Shown here: positions 31,796 to 42,039 of the stretch, piece after piece
Numbering within the stretch: the stretch's first letter is position 1
How the letters are laid out: the number at the start of each line of letters is the position of its first letter
NCBI GenBank assembly: GCA_965203275.1
Contig: OZ241865.1
Coordinates: 2,240,001-2,304,000, forward strand
Direction of reading: 5' to 3'
DNA length: 64,000 nt
Source of the DNA: Bdellovibrionales bacterium
Lineage (GTDB): Bacteria > Bdellovibrionota > Bdellovibrionia > Bdellovibrionales > JAUICD01
Notes under the pieces: generated by a model
What the model was told of the DNA's origin: nothing
What the model saw: only the letters and a program-made list of their open reading frames with translations
Database searches by the model: none
Position numbers and translations under genes: made by a program

Positions 31796-31907
31796 ATTAT
31801 TTTTTAAGCCCTTTTGATCTGTTAAAGGTATGATCTTTTGTGGGGAAAAAATAATTTATAAAAAAATAAAAAGATTGCTTGATTTTACAGGTAGAGTATT
31901 TTATCTT

Positions 31908-32045
31908 CTTTTTTCATAAGCATAGGTTAAAATTCTTAACCGCTGTAATCATCTAAAAGCATCTTGAACGGACCTCTACATCGCGTACGTCTGCCCTTCT
32001 TAAAGAAGGGATCACTTGCCACCTCTAAAAGGTGGCATTTGTTTT
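31908..32045 (+). ncRNA. tracrRNA, F. novicida-like scaffold
   Basis: Anti-repeat TTTTCATAAGCATAGGTTAAAATTCTTAACCGCTGTAATC, then CATCTAAAAGCATCTTGAACGGACCTCT..ACGTCTG and a TTGCCACC..GGTGGC terminator, as in Fn tracrRNA. TTGATT-17-TATCTT promoter upstream. Confidence 0.9.
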
Positions 32046-32099
32046 ATGAGTATTTTACAACAATGACTAGGATTATTTGTGATGACTGATTCTAGATAT

Positions 32100-32336
32100 T
32101 CAACTTGATACATTACGCCAAGCCTTTTTATGAGGTATACGTTTTTGTTTTTTTTGAGATAGACGTCGATCGGCTACCTTAGAAAAATAAAAATCTTCTT
32201 GTAATTCTAAAGCTTGATGAATTAAGTCTAAGCTCAATGTAGAAAGTTTTTGTTGTTTCTTTTGAGATAACTTATCTAATAATAAATAAGTTTGATGGTC
32301 TATTGTTAAATTGATCTTTTTTTTCATAACAGGCAT
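32100..32336 (-). CDS. RHH/CopG-type antitoxin followed by a truncated RelE-like toxin start (MYQVEYLESV at 32113)
   Basis: KINLTID, LDLIHQALELQEDFYF..A..R, IPHKKAW. The overlapping downstream ATG loses toxin-like character after about 12 codons. Confidence 0.7.
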   Translation of the reverse strand: MPVMKKKINLTIDHQTYLLLDKLSQKKQQKLSTLSLDLIHQALELQEDFYFSKVADRRLSQKKQKRIPHKKAWRNVSS

Positions 32337-32433
32337 TAAATATCCCCTATCTCCTTATTTTTTATAAAAAATTGATTTAAATATATACTTCTACAATAAC
32401 CTTAAAATCATTCACTGTCAAATCTTTTTTGTC

Positions 32434-33375
32434 TTATATTTGCTTATTAGGGATGCAAGAGTATTTAGAGGCTTCATATCTTTTAGTAATTTGTTCACAC
32501 CTTGTTTTAATAGAGCAAAATAATTCTTTATCAATTTGAAAGTTTGCTGGTGTAAATAAATCAATCCTTCGATCTTGCCTTATACGTTTTGCTTTAGTAA
32601 TAATTCTTTCTTGGGATTCTTTTGGATCAAACACGCCAATAGTCATCCCTCCTCTGGCTCTCACAAGGGAAAAGGCAGGAATATCTGTATCCCCATCGCC
32701 AATATAAATCATGTTTTCAAATGGACACCATTCTTCCCCTTTAGATACAAAGTCGTCCACCTTGTATGAAGATTGCTTTTTAAAACAGCCCTTTTGGATT
32801 TCAAATAAGGCTCTTGTTTTAGACGTTTTATCCATACAGTAGATAGGGATATTTTTTTCAATTTTTTTAGTCTTTATATCTTTAATAGCTTTATATTTAC
32901 ATCCAAAAAATTGATGAATTAGAGAAGTTTCTTTGTGACATTCAAACACAGAAGATACTAAGTCCTGAAGCCCTGCTGTTATAATAAAATGATGTATGGC
33001 CATATTGTTATCTTGATAGAGTGGTTGAGAGGATAAGTTTTTTATTTCTTTAAGTCCCTTTAAAACATCAGGGTAAAATTTTATTTTATAAGCAATAAGA
33101 CTTTCAAATGTTCCTTTATCATCTAAAGCTATTTTTTTGCCTTGCTGATCTTTAGCTATTTCTGACAAGCGATACATCCAAACAGGAGCTTCACTGGTTG
33201 AGATAGAATCCATTGGTTCTTTTGCATCTACTCCTGATATTTCTTTCACATCTATCCAAAACTGTTTTGTTGCTTTTTTTCCTATAAAAAGTTCAATTAA
33301 CTCAGTTGTAGAATCATTTGAAGTAAGGGTTTTGTCAAAGTCCCAGATTATAGCAATATTGTTTTTTTTATTCAT
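32434..33375 (-). CDS. HAD-superfamily hydrolase
   Basis: WDFDKTLT motif I, IITAGL motif II, KT..LFEI.KG, YIGDGDTDIP motif IV. Confidence 0.9.
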   Translation of the reverse strand: MNKKNNIAIIWDFDKTLTSNDSTTELIELFIGKKATKQFWIDVKEISGVDAKEPMDSISTSEAPVWMYRLSEIAKDQQGKKIALDDKGTFESLIAYKIKFYPDVLKGLKEIKNLSSQPLYQDNNMAIHHFIITAGLQDLVSSVFECHKETSLIHQFFGCKYKAIKDIKTKKIEKNIPIYCMDKTSKTRALFEIQKGCFKKQSSYKVDDFVSKGEEWCPFENMIYIGDGDTDIPAFSLVRARGGMTIGVFDPKESQERIITKAKRIRQDRRIDLFTPANFQIDKELFCSIKTRCEQITKRYEASKYSCIPNKQI

Positions 33376-33388
33376 ATTTAAAACACAT

Positions 33389-33889
33389 TTATTGAGGTGG
33401 TTGATTTGATACTTCTTGCTCTTTTTTTCTCTTTTCTTCTCGCTTGTAAAACTCTTTCCAGTTTTCTTGGACTTGTGGGTCATCCCAAGCTTTCTTATTA
33501 AGCTGTTGAATCCTTCCATAATCAAAAGGCTTTTGAGATGTGTCCATTTCTTTTTGTTTTTCAGCTTTTTCTTTTTGCTTTCTTATTTTTTCTCGCTTGT
33601 AAAACTCTTTCCAGTTTTCTTGGACTTGTGGATCAGCCCAAGCCTTCTTATTAAGTTGTTGAATCCTCTGATAATCAAAAGGCTTTTGAGATGTGTCCAT
33701 TTCTTTTTGTTTTTCAGCTTTTTCTTTTTGCTTTCTTATTCTTTCTCGCTTGTAAAACTCTTCCCAATTTTTTTTGACTTGTGGATTAGCCCGGGCCTTT
33801 TCTTTGAGTTGTTGAATGTTGCTATAATCAAAAGGCTCTTGAGATGTGTCCACTTCTTTTTGTTTTGTGATGGTTGCTACTTTACTCAT
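33389..33889 (-). CDS. Hypothetical protein of three 51-aa tandem repeats
   Basis: 3 x 153-bp repeats (DTSQxPFDY..IQQL..KA...PQV..NW.EFYKRE). GAGG RBS. Confidence 0.75.
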   Translation of the reverse strand: MSKVATITKQKEVDTSQEPFDYSNIQQLKEKARANPQVKKNWEEFYKRERIRKQKEKAEKQKEMDTSQKPFDYQRIQQLNKKAWADPQVQENWKEFYKREKIRKQKEKAEKQKEMDTSQKPFDYGRIQQLNKKAWDDPQVQENWKEFYKREEKRKKEQEVSNQPPQ

Positions 33890-34013
33890 TATAATACCTC
33901 CTTTAGATTTATATTTAGCATAGTATTATGCTATTTTGTACTTATGTTCATAATAATACATTTTTATAATAATGTCAAAAAATCTCGAGGCCATCCTATC
34001 CTCTTATTTTTTA

Positions 34014-37000
34014 TCAAGATGTTTTATTATTTAACAACCACTGTTTTACTTGTGTTGTTTTTGGAATTGTGAACTCAACTGTTACTATATCATCAAATGA
34101 TTTAATTTTAACTTCATTTCGATCTTTAGGAAATTTAAAAGGTTGAGAAAACCACTGAAAATCTGAAGACATAAGATGATAATCGCTTCTATTGGTTTCT
34201 TTTGCTTTTTTAAAATTTTCTTTATCTTCATAGAGTTTAATTTTTCCTTTCCATGAATCTCTCTTAGAAATAAAAGGAATAGAAATTTTACCAATATCGG
34301 CTATATTCATAGTGATCTTTGCATCACATCGACCTGAATCTTTATGCCTAACTTTAGCACATTGAATGCAACTATCAGTTATATCTTTTTGAGATATAGT
34401 CATCCATTCTATGGGTTCAATATTCCAGCTTTGAGGTAATCCTGAATAATGTTTTTTAGGTACAGAGTTTTGACTTAAAATAGTATGGGGCCTATCTTTT
34501 CCTTCAAGTCCATACTTTGCCAATGAATCGTCTGATACTGTTTGAATAATTGTTTTTCTATCCCATGTGTTACGTCTTAATCGAATATTTCCTATTGTTG
34601 TAAGTATAGGCAATGAATATACTTTTTTTACTTTTTGATGTGGATGTTGATGATCTTCTTCACGACGAAATAAAAGACACTGTTGAAGAAACTTTTGCAA
34701 AGATTGATTGGGATCAGTTTCATCAAGCTCTGATTTAAGTTTTTCCCAAGAACTATAAAAAGGTAACAAAATTTTATCTTTACTAATAAACTTTTGATTT
34801 TTCTTTTCTATGATGCACTTACTCCAATTGTCAATAGCATCTTTGACTGTTTGAGGCTCTTTTTTGCCATTTGGTGTGAGTGCTGTTTGGATTTTAGTTT
34901 TGATAGTTTGATAACTTAGACCATCAAGTAATTTAGCTTGCTTTTTTTCATCTTTGTCTGCTTCACGAATACCAATATCCATCAGAAATTCTTGTGCCTT
35001 TTTCTTATTTATAAACCATAATTGATAATTTTCATCTGAAAATTTTGATCTTATCAAAAACTCCTGATCTCTTAATAAGTGAAAATCTTTTTCTTGATAA
35101 GATACTGCATTTTTGGGATGAAATCCTTTTTGTATTGTACCATCATCATTTTGAATCAATGGGAAAAATCTCTCTCCTATACTATTATCTCTATGTATCT
35201 TATAACTGATTTTAATTTGTTCTTTTTTATTTTGACTTAATAATTGGCGATGATGAGTTTCTACTGTGTAAGCTTTTCTTTTTTCTAAACATTTCTCTTG
35301 CAGTTGGTTTGGTGGAACTTTGATTAGATTAAAAATAAGGTTTTTAGTCACTTCACCTGTGCCTCTATTCATAGGCTCTAAATGAATATTTTGATCTATA
35401 TTGAGTTTAAGGCTACCCTCCTTCTTATGTTGATCTACTGCAATGGCAAAAGCTAAAGTAGCGTCTATTAAATGAGAATACGGCTTTTGAGAGTTACCTT
35501 CTTTAGCATAATCTTTGAATTCTGAAATATTAGAATATTTTTCATAATCTTTTCTTAGATCATAAATGCCATCACCTCTTGTATTAGACTGAGCCTCTAC
35601 TCCAAACCAATCAAAGCAAATTTGATCTTGCCAACCAGCACGTTTAGCTTTTTTATAAAAATTATTAGCAAGTACTTGAGCAAAATGTGGTTGTGTCCCA
35701 TTAACAAATGTCTTTGAACGGCTACTAATAGCATCAATGACTTTTTGATGCAATTCATGGTCTGTTAAAAATAAAGCATGTCGAAAAGCCCTCTGCTCAT
35801 CAGAAGTTAAGTTGATCAAGTTAGTGTATTTGCCAAACTTAAAATCTTCACCTTTACCATGACCTATTTGCTCCTCAATCCACTTCATAATCTTTTGATG
35901 ATCTGTTGTACCAAATAATTTTTGTTTGTATTTATTATGTAATTTTTGTATTTGTAAAGGATTGTTTCCTTTTGTCTTTAATTTATCAATACCTTCTAAG
36001 TAATAAACGACTTTATCATCTGTTAATCTTTTTTGATTCTCTGGTTGTTTTTTATTATCTGTATTTTTTGCATTTGGATTTTGATCTTGAGAATCAATAA
36101 ATTTCTCTAACTGTTGATTTGATATTTGCAAAACAGTAGCTAAGTCTTTTAATAACTGGTAACGCTTTTGCCGAGGCTTGTGATTACAATAAGTTAAAAG
36201 ACAATCCCGATCTTCAAATCGACCTGTATCTTCATAGCCTCGCCCTTTAACCAAACGATATCGTGGGTGGATAAATAATCTGCCATCTTTTGCCCTTTGC
36301 CTTAATTTGTAATATTTGCAAAGTAAATGAAGAAATGATTTTTGCTCAAATAAATCATCTGTTTGAAAGTTTGGTGTTGTTTCTAGGTGATCTGGTAACT
36401 CACTCTTTTTGATCACATCTTCTAATTTGCTTTTGGTTTCTGAAATATCTTGGCCATCTCTTTTAAGTTGTTTGATTTTTTTAGCATGGCTAAAAATTTC
36501 ATTGAGGTTTAAAGGATCATCCTTTTTAACTCTATCAAAAATAAATTGCAAAATCCTTGCATCAAGGTTTTTTTGATTTCTCTTATAGGTATCTTTTTTC
36601 AATTGATCAGCTTTTTGATTGTTAAAATATGGCTTCTTTTGACCACTTTGTAGACCTTTTAGCTCACTTTCAAAATCTTCTAAATAATTTTGAGATAACT
36701 CTTTAAGGCTACTTAGCCACTCTTGCCATTGAGGATATTTGCTATCTAAATATACAGGATTAAGAATTAAGCTTTGACAATGAGGAGGACGACGATTGTT
36801 ATTATTTTGATAAGGAGGAATGGTCCATTTAGGGTCTTCTCTAAGCCAAAAGTCAATCACACTGCCTGTTTTGTTTTCTTTATCATAATAAGTTTTCCAG
36901 CATTTTTTTAGTTTGTTATAGTCATAAGCTTCATCTTGGCTTTTGTCTTTGTCTTTTTCTGTCACACGCCATTGTTTATCAAGCCATCTATCAAAATATT

Positions 37001-38393
37001 TATTAAGTCTTTTTTCACACCAATAGTCACCTTCTTGATGCTTGAAATCATTAAAGTATTTTCTGAGAGGTTTTAGTTCTAAATTACTGAGATGACCAAT
37101 TAAGTGGGTAAGGCTCTCAACAGTGAGAGGCTCTCTGTTTGTTGGTTTATATCTTTTTGAATGCAGATTTGAATGCAAATGATCACAAAACACTTTTAAA
37201 AATTTATTTTGCTTCTTTTGTTTTTCAGAATGATTTTTATATTCTAAAACATTTTTAACTTCTTCAAAGTATTTGCTACGATGACGACCACCTGATTTGA
37301 GTTCCTCAAGATTTTGATAGATTGCAAAAGCCAAATGATTCAAATGTGTTTTCTTCCATTCAAGTTTCTTTTTTTGATAGTCATTGTCTTTTGATTCTTC
37401 TCTTTCTGGCTCATCAAAAGCATTTTCTTCTATCTTTTTATCTAAGTCTTTAAAACTTTCTGATTTAAAATTCCAAAAAGAGTTTTTTATCTCCTGATCT
37501 TCTGTATCCGGCTCTGGAAGATGATCTTTTAATTTTTGAATGTTTTCTTTTCTATCTTCTAAATACTTAATGAAATTCATTGTGTTAGAACTAAATGCTG
37601 ACTCTTTGTTTTGCTCTGTTTCATTTTCTTCTTTCCAATGATCCCATTCTTTTAATATTGATGAAAAGAAATCTTGAGTTTGCTGATGAGAACTTTGTTT
37701 CTGCCATTCCTCTATAATCCATCTTGATACATCAGATAATTTTGATTTGTTTTTATTTTGCTTATCTTTGTAATATTTTTGAGGATCTGTACAAAGCTTT
37801 TTAATTTCTTTTGTTCTACTAATGAATACTTGCCTTGAGGCCATTCTGTTAGGTTCTTTATTTATAGCTTCATATATTTTATCTAACTTTTCTTGTCCTT
37901 CTTTAGTCCATTCTTGTATGGCTGTATCAAAATCATAGCCATCTTGATTTTTCTCAACTCCATCTGGTAATTCTTTTGGCAATTCTTCTGGTAATTCATT
38001 ATAAACCTCTGTTGGAAACTGGCTTAAAATTTCAGCATTATACTGCTCTGTCAAAAAACTAAAGCCTCTGCGGTTCAACAAAAAACTAATGGTTTGTTGT
38101 ATGTCAGAATTCCACTCTAAACCAAACCTCTCACACCAAATCAACTTAAAAAGCCTTTTGACCATTTGACGACGGTCAAATCCTCTCTTTTGATGACGTT
38201 GAGCTGTGCGATCTCTCATCAACAATGTATAAGCGTCTTTTTCTAGCTGATAAATCTTACCCTTTTGATTAAGAGAAGTTTTAGAGCTTAACTCTGTTCC
38301 TTCAACATAATGAGCCGTATAAACTCCAGTTGCTTTAGCTCCTAAATCAATAGCAATAGGATGAATTATTTTTTTCTTGCGATTTTGAGACAT
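34014..38393 (-). CDS. cas9: Type II-B Cas9 (Csx12) with internal in-frame deletion of distal REC3, RuvC-II and the HNH core
   Basis: IAIDLG, RTAQRHQKRGFDRRQMVKRL bridge helix, SGGRHRS, LSNLELKPLRKYFND, TFVNGTQ and SHLIDA present. No ITESNAF or DHIIPRS motifs. GGAGG RBS at the 38393 ATG. Confidence 0.95.
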   Translation of the reverse strand: MSQNRKKKIIHPIAIDLGAKATGVYTAHYVEGTELSSKTSLNQKGKIYQLEKDAYTLLMRDRTAQRHQKRGFDRRQMVKRLFKLIWCERFGLEWNSDIQQTISFLLNRRGFSFLTEQYNAEILSQFPTEVYNELPEELPKELPDGVEKNQDGYDFDTAIQEWTKEGQEKLDKIYEAINKEPNRMASRQVFISRTKEIKKLCTDPQKYYKDKQNKNKSKLSDVSRWIIEEWQKQSSHQQTQDFFSSILKEWDHWKEENETEQNKESAFSSNTMNFIKYLEDRKENIQKLKDHLPEPDTEDQEIKNSFWNFKSESFKDLDKKIEENAFDEPEREESKDNDYQKKKLEWKKTHLNHLAFAIYQNLEELKSGGRHRSKYFEEVKNVLEYKNHSEKQKKQNKFLKVFCDHLHSNLHSKRYKPTNREPLTVESLTHLIGHLSNLELKPLRKYFNDFKHQEGDYWCEKRLNKYFDRWLDKQWRVTEKDKDKSQDEAYDYNKLKKCWKTYYDKENKTGSVIDFWLREDPKWTIPPYQNNNNRRPPHCQSLILNPVYLDSKYPQWQEWLSSLKELSQNYLEDFESELKGLQSGQKKPYFNNQKADQLKKDTYKRNQKNLDARILQFIFDRVKKDDPLNLNEIFSHAKKIKQLKRDGQDISETKSKLEDVIKKSELPDHLETTPNFQTDDLFEQKSFLHLLCKYYKLRQRAKDGRLFIHPRYRLVKGRGYEDTGRFEDRDCLLTYCNHKPRQKRYQLLKDLATVLQISNQQLEKFIDSQDQNPNAKNTDNKKQPENQKRLTDDKVVYYLEGIDKLKTKGNNPLQIQKLHNKYKQKLFGTTDHQKIMKWIEEQIGHGKGEDFKFGKYTNLINLTSDEQRAFRHALFLTDHELHQKVIDAISSRSKTFVNGTQPHFAQVLANNFYKKAKRAGWQDQICFDWFGVEAQSNTRGDGIYDLRKDYEKYSNISEFKDYAKEGNSQKPYSHLIDATLAFAIAVDQHKKEGSLKLNIDQNIHLEPMNRGTGEVTKNLIFNLIKVPPNQLQEKCLEKRKAYTVETHHRQLLSQNKKEQIKISYKIHRDNSIGERFFPLIQNDDGTIQKGFHPKNAVSYQEKDFHLLRDQEFLIRSKFSDENYQLWFINKKKAQEFLMDIGIREADKDEKKQAKLLDGLSYQTIKTKIQTALTPNGKKEPQTVKDAIDNWSKCIIEKKNQKFISKDKILLPFYSSWEKLKSELDETDPNQSLQKFLQQCLLFRREEDHQHPHQKVKKVYSLPILTTIGNIRLRRNTWDRKTIIQTVSDDSLAKYGLEGKDRPHTILSQNSVPKKHYSGLPQSWNIEPIEWMTISQKDITDSCIQCAKVRHKDSGRCDAKITMNIADIGKISIPFISKRDSWKGKIKLYEDKENFKKAKETNRSDYHLMSSDFQWFSQPFKFPKDRNEVKIKSFDDIVTVEFTIPKTTQVKQWLLNNKTS

Positions 38394-38836
38394 AAAACCT
38401 CCATAAGGCTCAATATAAGTGCTAAAATCGCTAAGGTATAACAATCTTTATTTATTGTCAAACTCAATCGTCAGACCCATTCATTAAGAGTGACCTTTAG
38501 AGATCTCATGCGAGGGGATCGTGTTTTTCTCTATAATACATCAAATTGTCAGAGTGTTTCTTTAGGAAGTGGTATAGTGGGAGATAATATTCCGGGATCC
38601 GGCATCCGGCAACCCGGCAACAAAATGACAAAAGGAAAAGGAAATAAGGCAGAAAAAATGCGTAAAGACATTATAAATGGTTAGAAAGATTGAAAATATT
38701 TTAAACCTTTTCAAAATAAAATTTGTGGATGCTAAATTTTATAAAAAGATGTTGACAAACAAAATAAAATATGGTTTACAGACAGTTTTTAGTCTACAAA
38801 TAAAAAACAAAAATAAAGCTGTGAATTACTTACATT

Positions 38837-40129
38837 GTGAAAAAGATAATTTTATTACGTCAAGTCATTTTATTATGCATGCTATTTTTGATGGCCACAG
38901 ATGTTGCTGAAAGCCACACAGCAGATCAAATTTGTACTCATGTTCTCATTACAACCGATGATCAAAGGTTGGTTCATCTAAAGAAATATCTTGAAACTTA
39001 TAATAAGAAACCTTTTGACCAACCCAAAACCTCATTAGCAGAAGCCCTCGCAGAAATATTGTTACACATAAACCCTACTTTCAATAGAAAAATACCTTCA
39101 GATGCAACTGTAAAAAGAAATGTCTCTAATAGTACAATTGATGAGTATCAATTTTCAGATGATATTTTCAAACTCTATCGTTATCTTTCTTTTAACAGAG
39201 ATGAAGGTTCTGTACATTATGGAAGATGGCTTTTTTTCCAAATAAATCAAGAGCCTATAGAACATCCACTGGCCACAACTTACAATATACAACATACAGG
39301 TGTTGTGCTAACAATCGAATCCTTAGATAGAAATCTATATCGATATCATCTTTATTATATTGAAGATCAAGGACTTATTTTAGAAACTTTTGATCCTATA
39401 GTAGGGTTTGACTTTTATCTATCTTACAAAATAGACGATATACATATTGTTCTGCCTCATAAACAATCATATTTAAAGAGTAAAATGAAAAAACGTAATG
39501 ATTATTATATCCATTTGAATGAATATTCTATCAATCAAAATGCAAATATTTTTAGAAGAATGTTTAACCATCGAAAAATAGAGGATAACTATCAATTTAT
39601 ATCCTATGAGAATAATGAAAAAGAAATTGTTCCAGGTAAGATTCTTAATATTACAAGTCGTGTGACAGTTAAAGGTTTAATGGGCATTTTCTCCTTAGAC
39701 AACAGAGAAGAACTCAATAGTGTTTGGGTAGATGAAATATTGGGTGAAATTCTTATAACTTCTTATTTTTCAGAAGATAAAAATAAACCTTTTGACCCTT
39801 ATGCATTTATGAAGCCTCTGCCTCCTAAAAAGCCTCTTGATTATTATAGTGCTTTTAGATTTGCAAAAATTTTTCAATCAGGCCATTTAAAAGAGGATGA
39901 ACGTTTTATTTCTTATCCTATATCTCATCCAGATGGTCAAAGACGTATTGCTCAAATTATTCAGTGGGATGAATATCAAATGCAACTGATAGAATACAGA
40001 GGCAATGGAAAACCTTTTGTATTTAATCGAATTATATTATCAAGTAAACTTTTAGATAATATAACAATCAGTCGATATGCTAAAGAATATTTTACTCAAG
40101 TGGACTTTAATCGTTACTTATTTCACTAA
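38837..40129 (+). CDS. Secreted hypothetical protein
   Basis: 430-aa ORF with signal-like N-terminus. The stop codon is supplied by a dispersed element end. Confidence 0.65.
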   Translation: MKKIILLRQVILLCMLFLMATDVAESHTADQICTHVLITTDDQRLVHLKKYLETYNKKPFDQPKTSLAEALAEILLHINPTFNRKIPSDATVKRNVSNSTIDEYQFSDDIFKLYRYLSFNRDEGSVHYGRWLFFQINQEPIEHPLATTYNIQHTGVVLTIESLDRNLYRYHLYYIEDQGLILETFDPIVGFDFYLSYKIDDIHIVLPHKQSYLKSKMKKRNDYYIHLNEYSINQNANIFRRMFNHRKIEDNYQFISYENNEKEIVPGKILNITSRVTVKGLMGIFSLDNREELNSVWVDEILGEILITSYFSEDKNKPFDPYAFMKPLPPKKPLDYYSAFRFAKIFQSGHLKEDERFISYPISHPDGQRRIAQIIQWDEYQMQLIEYRGNGKPFVFNRIILSSKLLDNITISRYAKEYFTQVDFNRYLFH

Positions 40130-40485
40130 AAGTGGTCTGACCTCTGGTCACTTTCTGGTTGCCAGCCGAAGGCTTTCGCCTTCTCAAATGCTGGCAACCT
40201 AGAAAGCCTGACCACTTTTAGTAGGGAGGATCTCCTCGTTTCTTAACAGGATGTTAAGGAAACAAAATGCTTTCAAAATTATATTAAAAGAGCAATGTCT
40301 CAAAAATCCGTTTATTTTTAGTAGGGAGGATCCTCTTGTCTCTTTACACGATGTTAAGGAAACAAGGCGTTTGCTTCACCCTTGCCTGATGCCGAGTTGC
40401 CGGTTTAGCTCACTAAAAGTGGTCTAGCCTCTGGCTACTTTCTGGCAATGACCACGATGGCTCTCGCCGTCGATCAAAGGCTAAA
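40122..40485 (-). repeat. Cluster of dispersed structured elements
   Basis: Full reverse copy at 40122..40261 plus partial copies. Confidence 0.9.
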
Positions 40486-40748
40486 AACCCACTTTTTCAT
40501 GGGTTTGACAATTCTTAGCTATCATTTAATCATCGTGAAAGCCACAATAAAGCCACTTTCATAGAAAACTTTAACTTTAAAAGTTAAATAAAATTAAATA
40601 AAAGTTTACTTTTAATTTAAAAGGTTTATAATAATACTAAAGGTAGGTTGTAGGTTAAAATGACAAAAGTCTATCTTTTTTCTAAAATTTATGTATAAAG
40701 CTCCGATTAAATAAAATAAACATAGATCATAAAAACAGGGAGGCTTTT

Positions 40749-41138
40749 ATGATAGAGGATACTCCAAAGAATGGAGATTCGGCAGGACATGAACAAATCT
40801 CACAGAATAATACGAAAGGGTATTTTTGGACACCAAAAGATGTTGTAATTTTTTCTTTTGGAATCTTAGGCAGTCTTCTTTTGCTTCTTATAGTTGGTGT
40901 CGTTAGTGTTGCAGGAAGTTTGTTTTTTGTCGGTAGCATGTTAAATGAGCCTATCAAATCACAAATAAGCAGTTTCGAAGCAAAGCTTGATGAAAAATTT
41001 GATAGTCTAGCCGAGCAAAATAAAGAGTTTCAAGAAGCAATGATTGAACGAAATGAAAAGTTTGAAAAAGCAATGATTGAACGAAGTGAAAAGTTTGAAG
41101 ATACAGTTATTGACATTGTTAGAGCTTCAAATAATTGA
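40749..41138 (+). CDS. TM-anchored coiled-coil protein
   Basis: GGAGG RBS, long hydrophobic stretch, 11-aa repeats (AMIERNEKFEK). Confidence 0.7.
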   Translation: MIEDTPKNGDSAGHEQISQNNTKGYFWTPKDVVIFSFGILGSLLLLLIVGVVSVAGSLFFVGSMLNEPIKSQISSFEAKLDEKFDSLAEQNKEFQEAMIERNEKFEKAMIERSEKFEDTVIDIVRASNN

Positions 41139-41440
41139 CTTTATCTAAAGGCCTAGCAACATTCAATTAATAATATATATAGAACGTCTAAAAAGAAAGT
41201 AGCTCAACAAAAGAGCTTTACAGCCCTTTTATTTTATTTAAGTAAATCTAAAGCCTTGCTGATAAAGTATTTGGATAGCAATTTAAGCTTTATCAAGGTA
41301 TGAAAAATCTTCATAGTTGCATTAACTTCTCTTACGATCTAAATAAATCTTTTTATAGAAATTTCTTGACTATTCAATTAATAGGCTTTATAATTCATTC
41401 TATTCATTAAAACAATTATAATAAACAGGAGGATTATATT

Positions 41441-41959
41441 ATGGTGAACAAAATTCTTTTAATAGTAATAGTATGTTTTTGTTTTTCTACCAAACCCTTA
41501 TTTGCTCAAACTTTTTTTTCTGTTGAACCTATGATCATACTAAAAGGGAGTAGTTTGTTATTAGCTAGCAGGTACAATGATACAGAGACTTTAAGCTCGT
41601 TGTTGGAAAATGGTGCAGACGTCAATTATTCAAATAGATGGGGTTACCTTTCTTTAATCGTGGCTAGTAAGTTCGGTGCTTTAGAGGCTGTAAATTTATT
41701 GCTAGATGCCGGTGCAGATGTCAATGCTGTCCATGCCCCTTCTGGTTGGAATTCTTTAATGTTTGCTGTTTGGAATAGCCGTCTTAAGGTTGTGGAGTCA
41801 TTGTTAGAAGCTGGAGCCAACGTCAATTATCAAAGCCGATTTGGCTATACGGCTTTAAATTATGCTAGACAAAAAGATCATACAGCTTTCACGAGTGCTA
41901 GACGAAAAGATCATATTGAAATTTTAAAACTCTTAGAAGAGGCCGGAGCTACAGAATAA
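41441..41959 (+). CDS. Secreted ankyrin-repeat protein
   Basis: Signal peptide; LLENGADVN, LLDAGADVN and LLEAGANVN repeats. Confidence 0.9.
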   Translation: MVNKILLIVIVCFCFSTKPLFAQTFFSVEPMIILKGSSLLLASRYNDTETLSSLLENGADVNYSNRWGYLSLIVASKFGALEAVNLLLDAGADVNAVHAPSGWNSLMFAVWNSRLKVVESLLEAGANVNYQSRFGYTALNYARQKDHTAFTSARRKDHIEILKLLEEAGATE

Positions 41960-42039
41960 TACCAATTCTATAAAGCCACGTATTTTTTTGACTCTTTTAA
42001 AGCTGTGTTTGCATTTTGACATCAATAGAATGAGAGAAA

